From Prasinococcaceae sp. CCMP 1430 (lineage: Eukaryota > Plantae > Prasinodermophyta): a stretch of 64,000 nt of DNA. Shown here one piece after another: positions 21,701 through 30,089 of this stretch. The notes under the pieces were generated by a model. That model made no database searches. It had not been told where the DNA came from and saw nothing but the letters and a program-made list of their open reading frames with translations. The stretch spans positions 413,943 through 477,942 of the forward strand of contig RQSC01000005.1 of assembly GCA_013416795.1 (NCBI GenBank), given 5' to 3'. Both the position numbers and the translations under genes were made by a program. Position 1 is the stretch's first letter. Each line of letters opens with the position of its first letter.

Positions 21701-24700
21701 TTGCCCGCGGCGTTCGGGACGCGCTTCGGGGGGCCGGGAAGGCAGCGATTCCGGGCGGCGGTGACACCAGCACCCGTGGGCTGTCGGCAGGGGCAGCAGT
21801 GGACCTGGCGCAAGCGCTATTGATCGCCTTCGACACATGCATCGAAGTGTGGAGGAGGGCCCGCGAAGACGATGCGGATGACCAGAGCCGTGGTCGTGCA
21901 GTCCGCAATGCCTCTTCCGCTGTATTTGACGATGATCTCGATGGTGGCGACGCATTGGCGCCAACGAGGCCAGGCAACAGCTCAACTTCGGGCTGTCTGG
22001 CCGCAGCGAGCCCTGAAGCGGCCGCAGAAGCCACCAGCTTGATTGTGATGGAAGCACTGGCTGAGCTTCGAGGGCCCGCACCAGAGCACGTCTCAGATGC
22101 AGTAGTGAAGGCGCTCACAGGCGACTCGCAGGATCTGCCTCCACGTCGCGTGCGCGAGCTGGCCACGGGCGTAGCCTCGCGCCTCGGCATGATCTGCTCG
22201 ACTAGCAACGCCCATGATGCCATGTTTGAGGAGATAGACGCTCAGATGACGATGCACTTGAGCCAGGGCTGCGGAGATGTCATGGATTTCGGCGCGGCTG
22301 CGCCAATTGTGCAGTGCTTCACACGAAGTCTTCGGAGCCTCGAAGGAAGCGATGGCGTCACTGAAACCGAGAGTACTGCTCTGCTAGAGCGTGCAAATGC
22401 TGTGCGAGATGCTCTTCGCGGCTTTGACGCCAGCCAGAGGACGTGGAGGGCGCGGTGCGCTTTGGCAGGCTTGGCGGCGCAGCTCACTCGTCTCGATGCA
22501 GGAGAGTTCTTGCCGATGGCGCAGGCCTTGCTCCCCAGCATGTGCAAAGATGACGACTGGAGGGTGCGCGCGTGCGCTGGCGCTGCCATCGCCACGATAT
22601 TCGCTGTCGCCCCGTTGAGCACTCATGGGAAACTTGCAAATGCATGCACGCAGTCTCTGTCGTTGGCATCTCCGGCGTGCGTATCCACTGCGGGCCGCCC
22701 GCCCACTGAAGACGCTCGTGCAGGCGTCGCTGTAGAACACGCAGAGACTGCTGCGCTGACGCTGGCGTCGCTGGCTGTCACCAGCCCCGTGGCCGAGTCG
22801 CAATGCGTGATTGCCCTGTGTGTCCACGCTGCTGGTTCTCAGCATACTCGGAGCCTCGTTTTCGCATGCCTCGGCATCGTTGCTGAGGTGCTTGGGTACT
22901 CATCCGTTGTCTCGCTCGCATCCCGGCACAAAGCAGCGCTACTTGGGCGATGGGTTGCGAAGCGATACAGCTTGCCTGACCTCAAGTATCTGCAGGTGCT
23001 CTTCGACGTCATGCCAGACGAGGACGACGAAGGTATGGACGCGGAGGCTGAAGCCGACCACGACCTCGACGAGGTGCTAAGTCGGCTACAGGGTCCTCTC
23101 GTCGCTGCGCTGGTGTGCCACGAGAGACGCACCGAACTGGACTGGCTCGCCTCGCGCCTGGGTGTGCAGCCAAAGATGCTAGTCCGAGGGAGCTTCGGTC
23201 AGGTCATGGCTTGGACGCTCACAATGATGGTGAACTTCCGCGGTGCAGGCCGCGAGTCTCAGGCGGCGAATGTGCTTTCTTTCAAGTGCGTTTCGGGCCT
23301 CAACAAAGAGGAGGCCGCGGAATGGATCGGACAACCAAGGTTGTTGCTGTGGATGGTTGACGAGACCCTCAACCTCGTGAGGGACGAGCCATGCGGCGGG
23401 CCTGAGGACGCCACGCTGGCCCAGAGTGGAGCCATGGCGGCAACGGTGGCTTCTGGAGCCGCGACAGGGACGGAAGATAGCGGCGGGGCATCATCCGTCG
23501 CGTGGCCGAATTGCGTCGGCGCGACCGCAACGGCGGCGATGAACACGCTGGCCTCGTTCATGGGTGGGAAGGGGGCCTTGGCAATGCACATCGTCCCAGA
23601 CGGTAGAGTCAAGCAGCACTTGGTCCAGGTTCAGTACATTGAGGACTCTGCGCAGGGCTCCCAACGGCACCGGGCTGACGCGCTGGCTGCGCTCAATGTT
23701 GTGGTGGCTCTTCTTGGTGAGAGGGCGACGGCCCCCTTAGTCGTCCGACACGCGACTGCCATCGCCCTGCGCATGTCCAAGTCGCCCGGCCTCGCCGAGC
23801 GTGCGCTGATGCTCGTGCGGACGCTCATTGCTAAGTCGACCCGATTGGGCGCATGGCAGGGCGAAACCAACTCTCCCGACAAGGAGCTGGCGTTCGATGT
23901 CGTCGCAGATGTCATGCCCTCGCTCGTCGCGACAACATCAACGCTGATCGACGAAGGATACACGCCGGGTGGGCCTCAGACGTCTACAACGCAAGCGTCT
24001 CTGAAGCTTGTACAGGAGATCTTCATTGACTCAGCACCGGCGAGCGTCAGCTCGGTGGCTGCTGAGATGGAGCCGCTGCCCGATGTGCCCGAGCTCGCCA
24101 ATGCCTGTCTCTGGCAGAGAACTGTTGCTGGGGAGACACCCCTTGCGACAGCTGTGAGAGCATTGTCGCGGCGTGCACCCGCGATGTCTTTGCGGGGGCG
24201 AGAGCGGGCGTGCACCATGTTGCAGGCGCGCATGCGAGGCGGCGGCGAAGGAGGGGGTGGTGCTGTGATGGCAGCCGCGCGTGAGCTGGCGGGTGTGGCT
24301 GTGTCTCTGGGGGATGACGGCCTGGTCAATGTGGCTGCGTCCGTGCTGTCACGCGCTGCACTTGAGCCACCCAAGACCGGCGTCGCTGCTGTCGATCCAT
24401 GTGCCTTGGTGACACCTGTGCGCCATCCGGGACAGCACGCACCGAAGGGTGCCGAGAGCAGCAAGTGGCCGGTGTGGCGTGTGGCGATGGGCGCGCACGT
24501 GCTCAAGGCCCTTTGCGACCTCAGTATCTGCCCAGTGCACAAAAATGCCGCCATGGCCGAGCGCGCGTTGCGACACGCACTCATGTTCATCAAGAGAGAC
24601 ACTGACCCTGCCGTACGTGACCGCTACAACTTGGTATTCAGCCTCCTGAGTGACGCAGCCGCTGGCGGGCAGCGTGAGAGGTTTGTTGCTCCACTCACGC

Positions 24701-27700
24701 ATCTTCACGCGGCATATCTGAAGCCACTGTTCAAGCAAGCAAACCCCAGCCCAAAGCGCTTGCAATATGCAAAATTGGATGCGCGCCAGTTGTGGTCGTC
24801 CGATGAATCAGCCGGCGGCTTCGACCGCTGGGTGTGCCAGCTTACCCCCGCGTTGATATCATACGCGGATGGCGAGATGCTGCTGCAGGAGTGCTTCCAG
24901 CTGGCGTCGAATGTCCCCTCGTTTGCTCAGGACCTGCTTCCGCACGCCGCCCTTGCAGCTGCGCTTACGCCCCGGCCTATCGAAGACGGGCATTTGATTG
25001 CCGAGGCTGTGGCCGACGGTATCGTGACACACACTCTCCCCGCTGGCGGACGCGCGGCGGCGGCGATCCTATCGATGCTTGAAACGCTGCGGCAGGCACA
25101 CAGACAAGATATGCGCGTAGCGAGATCGCGGCAGAGCCTCGAGGGCACGCCCAGGGCATGGCTGTGCCCTTGCTGGGCGCCTGTCGACAATGTGTCCGTG
25201 GCATACGCGGCGCTGCGTGCGAACAAACCCGTGACCGCCTTGCTCTGGGCGGAGATGGCGTACGAGGAGCAGCGCAATGGCCCTGTTACAGCGGCACCTG
25301 GAAGAAGGAGCGCGAGGAAGGCGCCACGCCCTTCGGGTGGATGGGATGCACTTAAGGGCTTGGCCAAGGTGGAGCTACCAAAGCCAGATGGATCGCTTGC
25401 GCGACCGGTGCAAGCGCTGCTCGACTGCGCCGCTGCCGTCGGCGAAACTGACTCAGTGATCGCCGCCGCGCGCGGCGCCGGGGCAGATGCGCGCGTCGCC
25501 CGCGCGTGCGCGAGTGGGAACTGGTTAGGTGCCCTACAAGCGTCTGACTCGATGCTGTCGGGCGGAGACCGTGGTGGCATGCCCATTCGACGTCGACTGG
25601 AGCTTGTGGAGTCGGCGTCTGCCGCGCTGCGCGCGCTCGGCTGTGAACACGTGCGCGCGAACCTCGTGGGCGCGACTGCATCTCATCTCGGTGGCTCCTG
25701 TGCCACGCGATTGGATCCAATGCAGTGCGAGGTGGCCTGGCGCCTCGGCCAGTGGCAGTCTATCCAGGACGACGCCTCGATGGCTGGTGATCGAGGAGTG
25801 CAAAGAAGGGTGGGGAGCGCAACCACGGACGGATCGTTCGATGGGCTCATGCTCCGCGCTCTCAGTTCCACCTCTGCCGGTGATAGCACAGGGGCACAGA
25901 AGGCGCTGCGCTCGATGCGTTGCGGCGAGGCACGGCAGATGGTATCCATTGGGACCGAGCGTGATTTAGTCTCGAGCGGCATCCTTGGGAGGCTGCTGAT
26001 CGTCGATCAAGTCGAGGCGGCAGGGGCGCTCAGGGCAATCCGCGTGAGCTGTGCGGACGGTGGGTCTGACACGCAAGACATGGACTTAGACTGGGCCGCC
26101 GCCAGCGGGCAGAGCGCTGGTGACGGAGCTGAGAACGCGTGGGTGGAGAGGTGGTGCGCTATCCGTGCGCGCCTCAGCCAAGCGGGCGGCGGTGGATTCG
26201 AGCACACGGAGGTGCTGTTCGCAGCCGAGCGCGCGACTTTGCTGCTGCTGCCTGCCGACGAGCAAGCGTCGCAGATAGCGCGCTGCGACCTCGAGATGGC
26301 GCGCAGGGCACGCAAGGCGGGCTGGCGCGGCGCAGCCGCTGCAGCACTCGAGCGCATGTCTGGCAGCGCAGCACAGCACGTGGCAGGCCGTGCACAGATT
26401 GAGCATGCCAAGCTCCTCCATGCCGATGGTGAGAGTGGAGAGGCAATTGCCTGCCTTCAGCACGTGACCAATGGCACTTTGGAGGGCGGCGATGCAATGT
26501 CGTCCGATGATGGCGCATCTCTCAAAGCGTATGCTATGTACCTTCAGGGCAAGTGGCTCGCGTCTGGAATGTCCGACAGTGCCCGCAACGTGCTCGAGCA
26601 CTATCTTCGCCCGGCCGCGGAGGCGATGGCCGCGGAGGCGATGGCCGCGCTTGCGGAAGGTGATGTGAGCGACGACGTGAGAGCCGCCGGCCACAAGGCG
26701 AAGCTGGCTTGCCGCGCCAACTTTCACCTCGCCGCGCTTGCCTCGCGCGCGTATCGGAACGCAGCTGAGCGCGAGACCACGGGCGAAGGGCGTGCCGTGA
26801 TCGAGGCTCGGCAGATGAGGCGACGCGCGCTCGACTCTGCGAAGCAGCGGCTGAGTGAGCGTGGTGCGAAGATGGAGCAAGCGACGAAGGTCATGCTCAA
26901 CAGGAAGATTCGCAACCTTGAAAACACTGTCAAGCTTGACGCTGAGGAGGAAACCACTGAGATCTCGGTCAAGCGCGACCTTCTACACGCGGCCGCAGCA
27001 GGCTACGCGCGCGCCATGAAGCTCGGTGATGCGTACGATCTGTCTGCTGCGTTCAGTCTGCTCAGAATATGGTTCAACCACTCGGACGACAAGCATGTCA
27101 TGCGAGAGGCATGCGAGGCCGCCCAAACGCTGCCTAGCCACAAGTGGCTCTGCGTCGTGTACCAGGTGGCCGCGAGGCTCGATGAGACGACAGCGCACAA
27201 CGAGGAGTTTCAAAAAGCCATCTGCGCGCTGCTCGTCCGCCTCGCGAGCGATCACCCCCACCACGCGTTGCCACACATCATTGCGCTCAAGAACGGCGAC
27301 AGGCTAACTGCGGACAAGAAGTGCGCCAAGGAGGCATCAGGGACGGGCCTGCATGGTGTGGGCAAGCGCGCGGCAGCCGAGGCCGTCTTGACCACCGTGA
27401 AGGATTCCAAGACATATGCGTCGAAAGTCGCACACGCGACTGATCGGCTCGTTGATGTGTATTTGGACATCGCATTCAAGACCACCCAGACGCATCACCA
27501 CCCCAATGGTCAGCGTGTGAAGACTCACGGCCCTCTGCCGGACAGCGCGCGGGCGGTGCGCGGCCTTGGGGAGGCCGCCATTTGCACTGCGCTCCCCCCT
27601 CCTCGCCCGGATGCCTGCTATGACAGCCACGACGCGCTGGGTTCGTTCCCCCGTTTCAATGGCTTCGTAAACCCGCACCTCCCACCGGACAACCCCGGCG

Positions 27701-28791
27701 GCATCAATGCGCCCATCCTACTCAAGGTATCGGGCACGGACGGTGTGGCTTACCGCCAGCTCGTGAAGAGCGGCAGCGACGACCTACGCCAGGACGCCGT
27801 GATGGAGCAACTTTTCGAGCTGGTCAACCAGCTGCTCGCGCGGTCGCCGGAGGCCGCGCGCCGCAGGCTTCGCGTTGGCACATACCCCGTCGTGCCTTTC
27901 TCCCCAGCGGCCGGCTGCGTTGGGTTTGTGTCTGGTGCCATCGAGCTCGGCGACTGGCTCTACAAATCTGCTGGTGGCGGCGCGCACGGGCGCTACCGTC
28001 CGCAGGATTGGGGCTTCGCGACATGCAGAAGGGCGATGGTCGACGCGCGCGGCGGTGGAGGCGGTGGCGGCGCGCTCGTGCAGCGGCTTGTGGATGAGTA
28101 TGGCCGGGTGTGCGAAAACTTTCGACCGGTGCTCCGCCACTTCTTCACCGAGCACTTCGACACTCCCAGCGAGTGGCTCGAGCGTAGACTCACGTACACG
28201 CGCTCGGCCGCCGCCAGCTCCGTCGTGGGCTACGTGATGGGCCTCGGAGACAGGCACGCCAGCAACATCCTCATTTCGACAAGCACTGCCGAGGTTACGC
28301 ACATCGACCTCGGCGTGGCCTTCGAGCAAGGTCGCATGCTGCGCATACCCGAGACGGTGCCCTTCCGGCTCACGCGCGATATGGTGGACGGGATGGGCGT
28401 GCACGGCGTGGAGGGTGCTTTCCGCGCGTGCGCGGGCGTAGCCATGGGGGTCATGCGGGCGTCCAAGGAGGCGCTGCTCACCATCGTCGAGGTCTTCATT
28501 CATGACCCACTCTACACGTGGGCGATCAACGACATTGCGCGCGACCAGCGCCAGCGGGACATGGATGATGAGGGCACCGACGAGACGGGCACCGTCGCGG
28601 ATGTGGCAGAGGAGGGGCCCTCGCGCAATTCGGAGGCGGAACGCGCGCTTGGGCGCGTGCGCAGCAAGCTCGATGGTATTGAAGGGGGTGAGTTTTACGC
28701 GCCCGACGGGCAGGTCGCCAAGCTCATCAACGAGGCGCGTGACCCGCGCAACCTTGCCGTGCTCTTCGCCGGCTGGGCGCCGTTCTTGTGA
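18718..28791 (+). CDS. ATM: ATM/Tel1 PIKK serine/threonine kinase (3357 aa, apparently intronless)
   Basis: N-terminal TAN-like L.CSRLIREKTEGRKQL, FAT region, GGINAP, LVKSGSDDLRQDAVMEQ, catalytic GLGDRHASNIL and HIDLG, PETVPFRLTRD, FATC GQVAKLINEARDPRNLAVLFAGWAPFL. Confidence 0.93.
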   Translation: MSGSGTSSLSRHAYKVCDLLKCSRLIREKTEGRKQLKEAVQSHPFVDILLRNTDGMDPQLSNEEIDQKEWLCSCPGVAEIACEHIDQEVDAVLDKIERERRSVAGHGAGGPRKRTEVDSALAKVLRGLVVAVHARVVELRRSHDSEGGVGAPPDDAAPPFTRVAKAILNHIAGILDRDDTFVAFEGDYIQLLLNYLLPTPAYASRLTPKIFKSLMKTFTSKLQLFATGRGRVTESQAHDCARALQALLRYYQRDLSSGEKPACVEVAEALATVFENMHDEGRTAMATVGALNELIARDGVNMSSKLLTLHESSIASFVSAGLASSTKLAGLKEALVLHSRMMLALGAGSNLRSMAILFSLLEKELSAPMKVLGSDQRHAHGLPLPRRHVGALLLAADVCLILVRAPAEAQSAAEPTQDDREHDAVGTLGTLRSTRGHSRSVRMRRAPPAERLADALMSGRGLWPMLAAVIARRHGQSLPPRCRSMWLAAAVTALPEVITTAAGNSASAAGASSGGSGAQGDCEDSAVHATWLTRFVAALAVSWLDDESSTTSMVDGAQVGLAIAKFGVRAESWPADAALLPALWCRARDCLVRWLPSLGDSELAHEVCRALAAIGRRALVPGELLPVDAWRAPAMAAFNLEPSSSSSAGAGDLKRGTAKPAAPAIELISAIASSPVQSQWSSASFDTKRSTLRTSLAACLCLVIRHATPSSAGSDQSQSQAEVGGRVSFSHTTLTRAGVTRAVDTLAALCFNASNATADCFGPPEEVSESRNSLFDSTALTEDRYHDSEGVLTEDIIPWLERHHDKLAEGTVVAPERLDALMGLDVAGVQAQARYMVSSSVGSALSCRNLSREAASLISDALRQSAGDLETSTAFPARDRIATPHSVGSVGAMAGILTQRARSAQPAGERAGRRVQNVLALCCAAGVLRGGCQNAAAAAGTSAPRSSWGDDGDVANAADLAASVVTAAVRHAANLTKDVDALKDAPTRLASVAAIARGVRDALRGAGKAAIPGGGDTSTRGLSAGAAVDLAQALLIAFDTCIEVWRRAREDDADDQSRGRAVRNASSAVFDDDLDGGDALAPTRPGNSSTSGCLAAASPEAAAEATSLIVMEALAELRGPAPEHVSDAVVKALTGDSQDLPPRRVRELATGVASRLGMICSTSNAHDAMFEEIDAQMTMHLSQGCGDVMDFGAAAPIVQCFTRSLRSLEGSDGVTETESTALLERANAVRDALRGFDASQRTWRARCALAGLAAQLTRLDAGEFLPMAQALLPSMCKDDDWRVRACAGAAIATIFAVAPLSTHGKLANACTQSLSLASPACVSTAGRPPTEDARAGVAVEHAETAALTLASLAVTSPVAESQCVIALCVHAAGSQHTRSLVFACLGIVAEVLGYSSVVSLASRHKAALLGRWVAKRYSLPDLKYLQVLFDVMPDEDDEGMDAEAEADHDLDEVLSRLQGPLVAALVCHERRTELDWLASRLGVQPKMLVRGSFGQVMAWTLTMMVNFRGAGRESQAANVLSFKCVSGLNKEEAAEWIGQPRLLLWMVDETLNLVRDEPCGGPEDATLAQSGAMAATVASGAATGTEDSGGASSVAWPNCVGATATAAMNTLASFMGGKGALAMHIVPDGRVKQHLVQVQYIEDSAQGSQRHRADALAALNVVVALLGERATAPLVVRHATAIALRMSKSPGLAERALMLVRTLIAKSTRLGAWQGETNSPDKELAFDVVADVMPSLVATTSTLIDEGYTPGGPQTSTTQASLKLVQEIFIDSAPASVSSVAAEMEPLPDVPELANACLWQRTVAGETPLATAVRALSRRAPAMSLRGRERACTMLQARMRGGGEGGGGAVMAAARELAGVAVSLGDDGLVNVAASVLSRAALEPPKTGVAAVDPCALVTPVRHPGQHAPKGAESSKWPVWRVAMGAHVLKALCDLSICPVHKNAAMAERALRHALMFIKRDTDPAVRDRYNLVFSLLSDAAAGGQRERFVAPLTHLHAAYLKPLFKQANPSPKRLQYAKLDARQLWSSDESAGGFDRWVCQLTPALISYADGEMLLQECFQLASNVPSFAQDLLPHAALAAALTPRPIEDGHLIAEAVADGIVTHTLPAGGRAAAAILSMLETLRQAHRQDMRVARSRQSLEGTPRAWLCPCWAPVDNVSVAYAALRANKPVTALLWAEMAYEEQRNGPVTAAPGRRSARKAPRPSGGWDALKGLAKVELPKPDGSLARPVQALLDCAAAVGETDSVIAAARGAGADARVARACASGNWLGALQASDSMLSGGDRGGMPIRRRLELVESASAALRALGCEHVRANLVGATASHLGGSCATRLDPMQCEVAWRLGQWQSIQDDASMAGDRGVQRRVGSATTDGSFDGLMLRALSSTSAGDSTGAQKALRSMRCGEARQMVSIGTERDLVSSGILGRLLIVDQVEAAGALRAIRVSCADGGSDTQDMDLDWAAASGQSAGDGAENAWVERWCAIRARLSQAGGGGFEHTEVLFAAERATLLLLPADEQASQIARCDLEMARRARKAGWRGAAAAALERMSGSAAQHVAGRAQIEHAKLLHADGESGEAIACLQHVTNGTLEGGDAMSSDDGASLKAYAMYLQGKWLASGMSDSARNVLEHYLRPAAEAMAAEAMAALAEGDVSDDVRAAGHKAKLACRANFHLAALASRAYRNAAERETTGEGRAVIEARQMRRRALDSAKQRLSERGAKMEQATKVMLNRKIRNLENTVKLDAEEETTEISVKRDLLHAAAAGYARAMKLGDAYDLSAAFSLLRIWFNHSDDKHVMREACEAAQTLPSHKWLCVVYQVAARLDETTAHNEEFQKAICALLVRLASDHPHHALPHIIALKNGDRLTADKKCAKEASGTGLHGVGKRAAAEAVLTTVKDSKTYASKVAHATDRLVDVYLDIAFKTTQTHHHPNGQRVKTHGPLPDSARAVRGLGEAAICTALPPPRPDACYDSHDALGSFPRFNGFVNPHLPPDNPGGINAPILLKVSGTDGVAYRQLVKSGSDDLRQDAVMEQLFELVNQLLARSPEAARRRLRVGTYPVVPFSPAAGCVGFVSGAIELGDWLYKSAGGGAHGRYRPQDWGFATCRRAMVDARGGGGGGGALVQRLVDEYGRVCENFRPVLRHFFTEHFDTPSEWLERRLTYTRSAAASSVVGYVMGLGDRHASNILISTSTAEVTHIDLGVAFEQGRMLRIPETVPFRLTRDMVDGMGVHGVEGAFRACAGVAMGVMRASKEALLTIVEVFIHDPLYTWAINDIARDQRQRDMDDEGTDETGTVADVAEEGPSRNSEAERALGRVRSKLDGIEGGEFYAPDGQVAKLINEARDPRNLAVLFAGWAPFL

Positions 28792-28854
28792 GGCTGAGAG
28801 AAGATGACGGGGCCGGGTGTTATGTTACATACTGTATCTTGAGTGTACACTGCT

Positions 28855-29700
28855 TCACGCGAAGTAGCATTTGACGACAGGGCGCACCGAGTGTATCCGT
28901 AGCACGGGCGCCTCTTCCTCTCCGGCAAAGAAGGCCCTCGCTTCGCCGACCACCGACGCGTGGCCGGCACCGCCCCTACGCTTGGCTCGGATCTGAAGCG
29001 GCGCGCCCGCGCGCGCAGCGGCTGCGGAGCGCAATTGCGCGCGATGGCCGCTGTCAGCACGGGGGAAAAGGACCGTCGCACACCCGCACGCGCGCGCGAT
29101 TGATCGCACCTGCGAGCTGTGCTCTTGCTGCTTTTTGGGTCTGTGGGTACTGAGAGCACTCGCCTGCCAGCCGCACAGACAGCTACGTGCGCCCGCGCCC
29201 GCGATGTCAGCGCACACGCGCAGGAATTCTGTGTGCAAACAGCATGTGCGCGCGCGCGTACCGCTCCAGTCGCCGGCGCGCGGTAGAGCTCGAGCCGTGG
29301 CACGATGCGACCAGCCGGCCCCGCCCGCGAGTCCTCGACGGCACCCTCGGTGGCTCCGATGTCCTCGAACACGGAGGAGAGCGAGAGCGCCTGCGCATTG
29401 TCGCGCACGCAGGCAGCGCACACGAACTCGCCCCCCCGGCTGGTCCCGGGCGCAGTGGTGGCGCCATGGCCATCAGGCCCGGTGTGTGGCCTGGTGGCAG
29501 CGTTTTGGACCGTACTGCGCGCCGCGATGCCCGCGTATACGCCGCTCTTCTGCCTCACGGCTGCCGGCAGCGGCGCCCGCGCGAGCTGCAGCGGCGGAGC
29601 GACGGCGGTCGCCGGCACGCGTGCCGCACACGCAGCAGCGCGCGCCGCCGCCCCCGCCGCCGCCCGGCGCGCGCGCCGATCCGCCACTCGCATATGCCGC
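28855..29700 (-). CDS. Hypothetical spliced protein; boundaries approximate
   Basis: Coding-like stretch GEFVCAACVRDNAQ...PRLELYRAP. Candidate introns 29164-29261 and 28993-29109. Last exon ...EAPVLRIHSVRPVVKCYFA*. Minus-strand TGTAA at 28825-28829. Confidence 0.35.
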
Positions 29701-30089
29701 CGCGCGGCTCGGCACACACCCCATCGCAGGCACGCGCAGTGGCAACCCCCCCACCCCACCCCACCCACCCCACCCCCTCCATCGCCCCACCCCGCCTGCA
29801 GGTGGGGGAACCTGACGAAGGAGGAAACGGTCAGGTGGAGGTTAAGGTTACGATCGCGAGGTAAAAGGGTTCTTTGGTTTGTAGGGTTTGCGGCCGCGTT
29901 TCGAACGCGCCCCGGCCCGGGCGCCGGGCGAGGGGGCCCGCCGCGCGGACGACGGCCCGAATTCCCTGAAGCACATGCATTGGTGAGGGAATTTCGTGCA
30001 ATTATGGGTGAAAGGACACGCACTATTTTTCTGATTGCGAGATTTCGTGCGTGCGCGCGGCGGCGGCGTAGTGGCGCGCTGTGCTTTGG

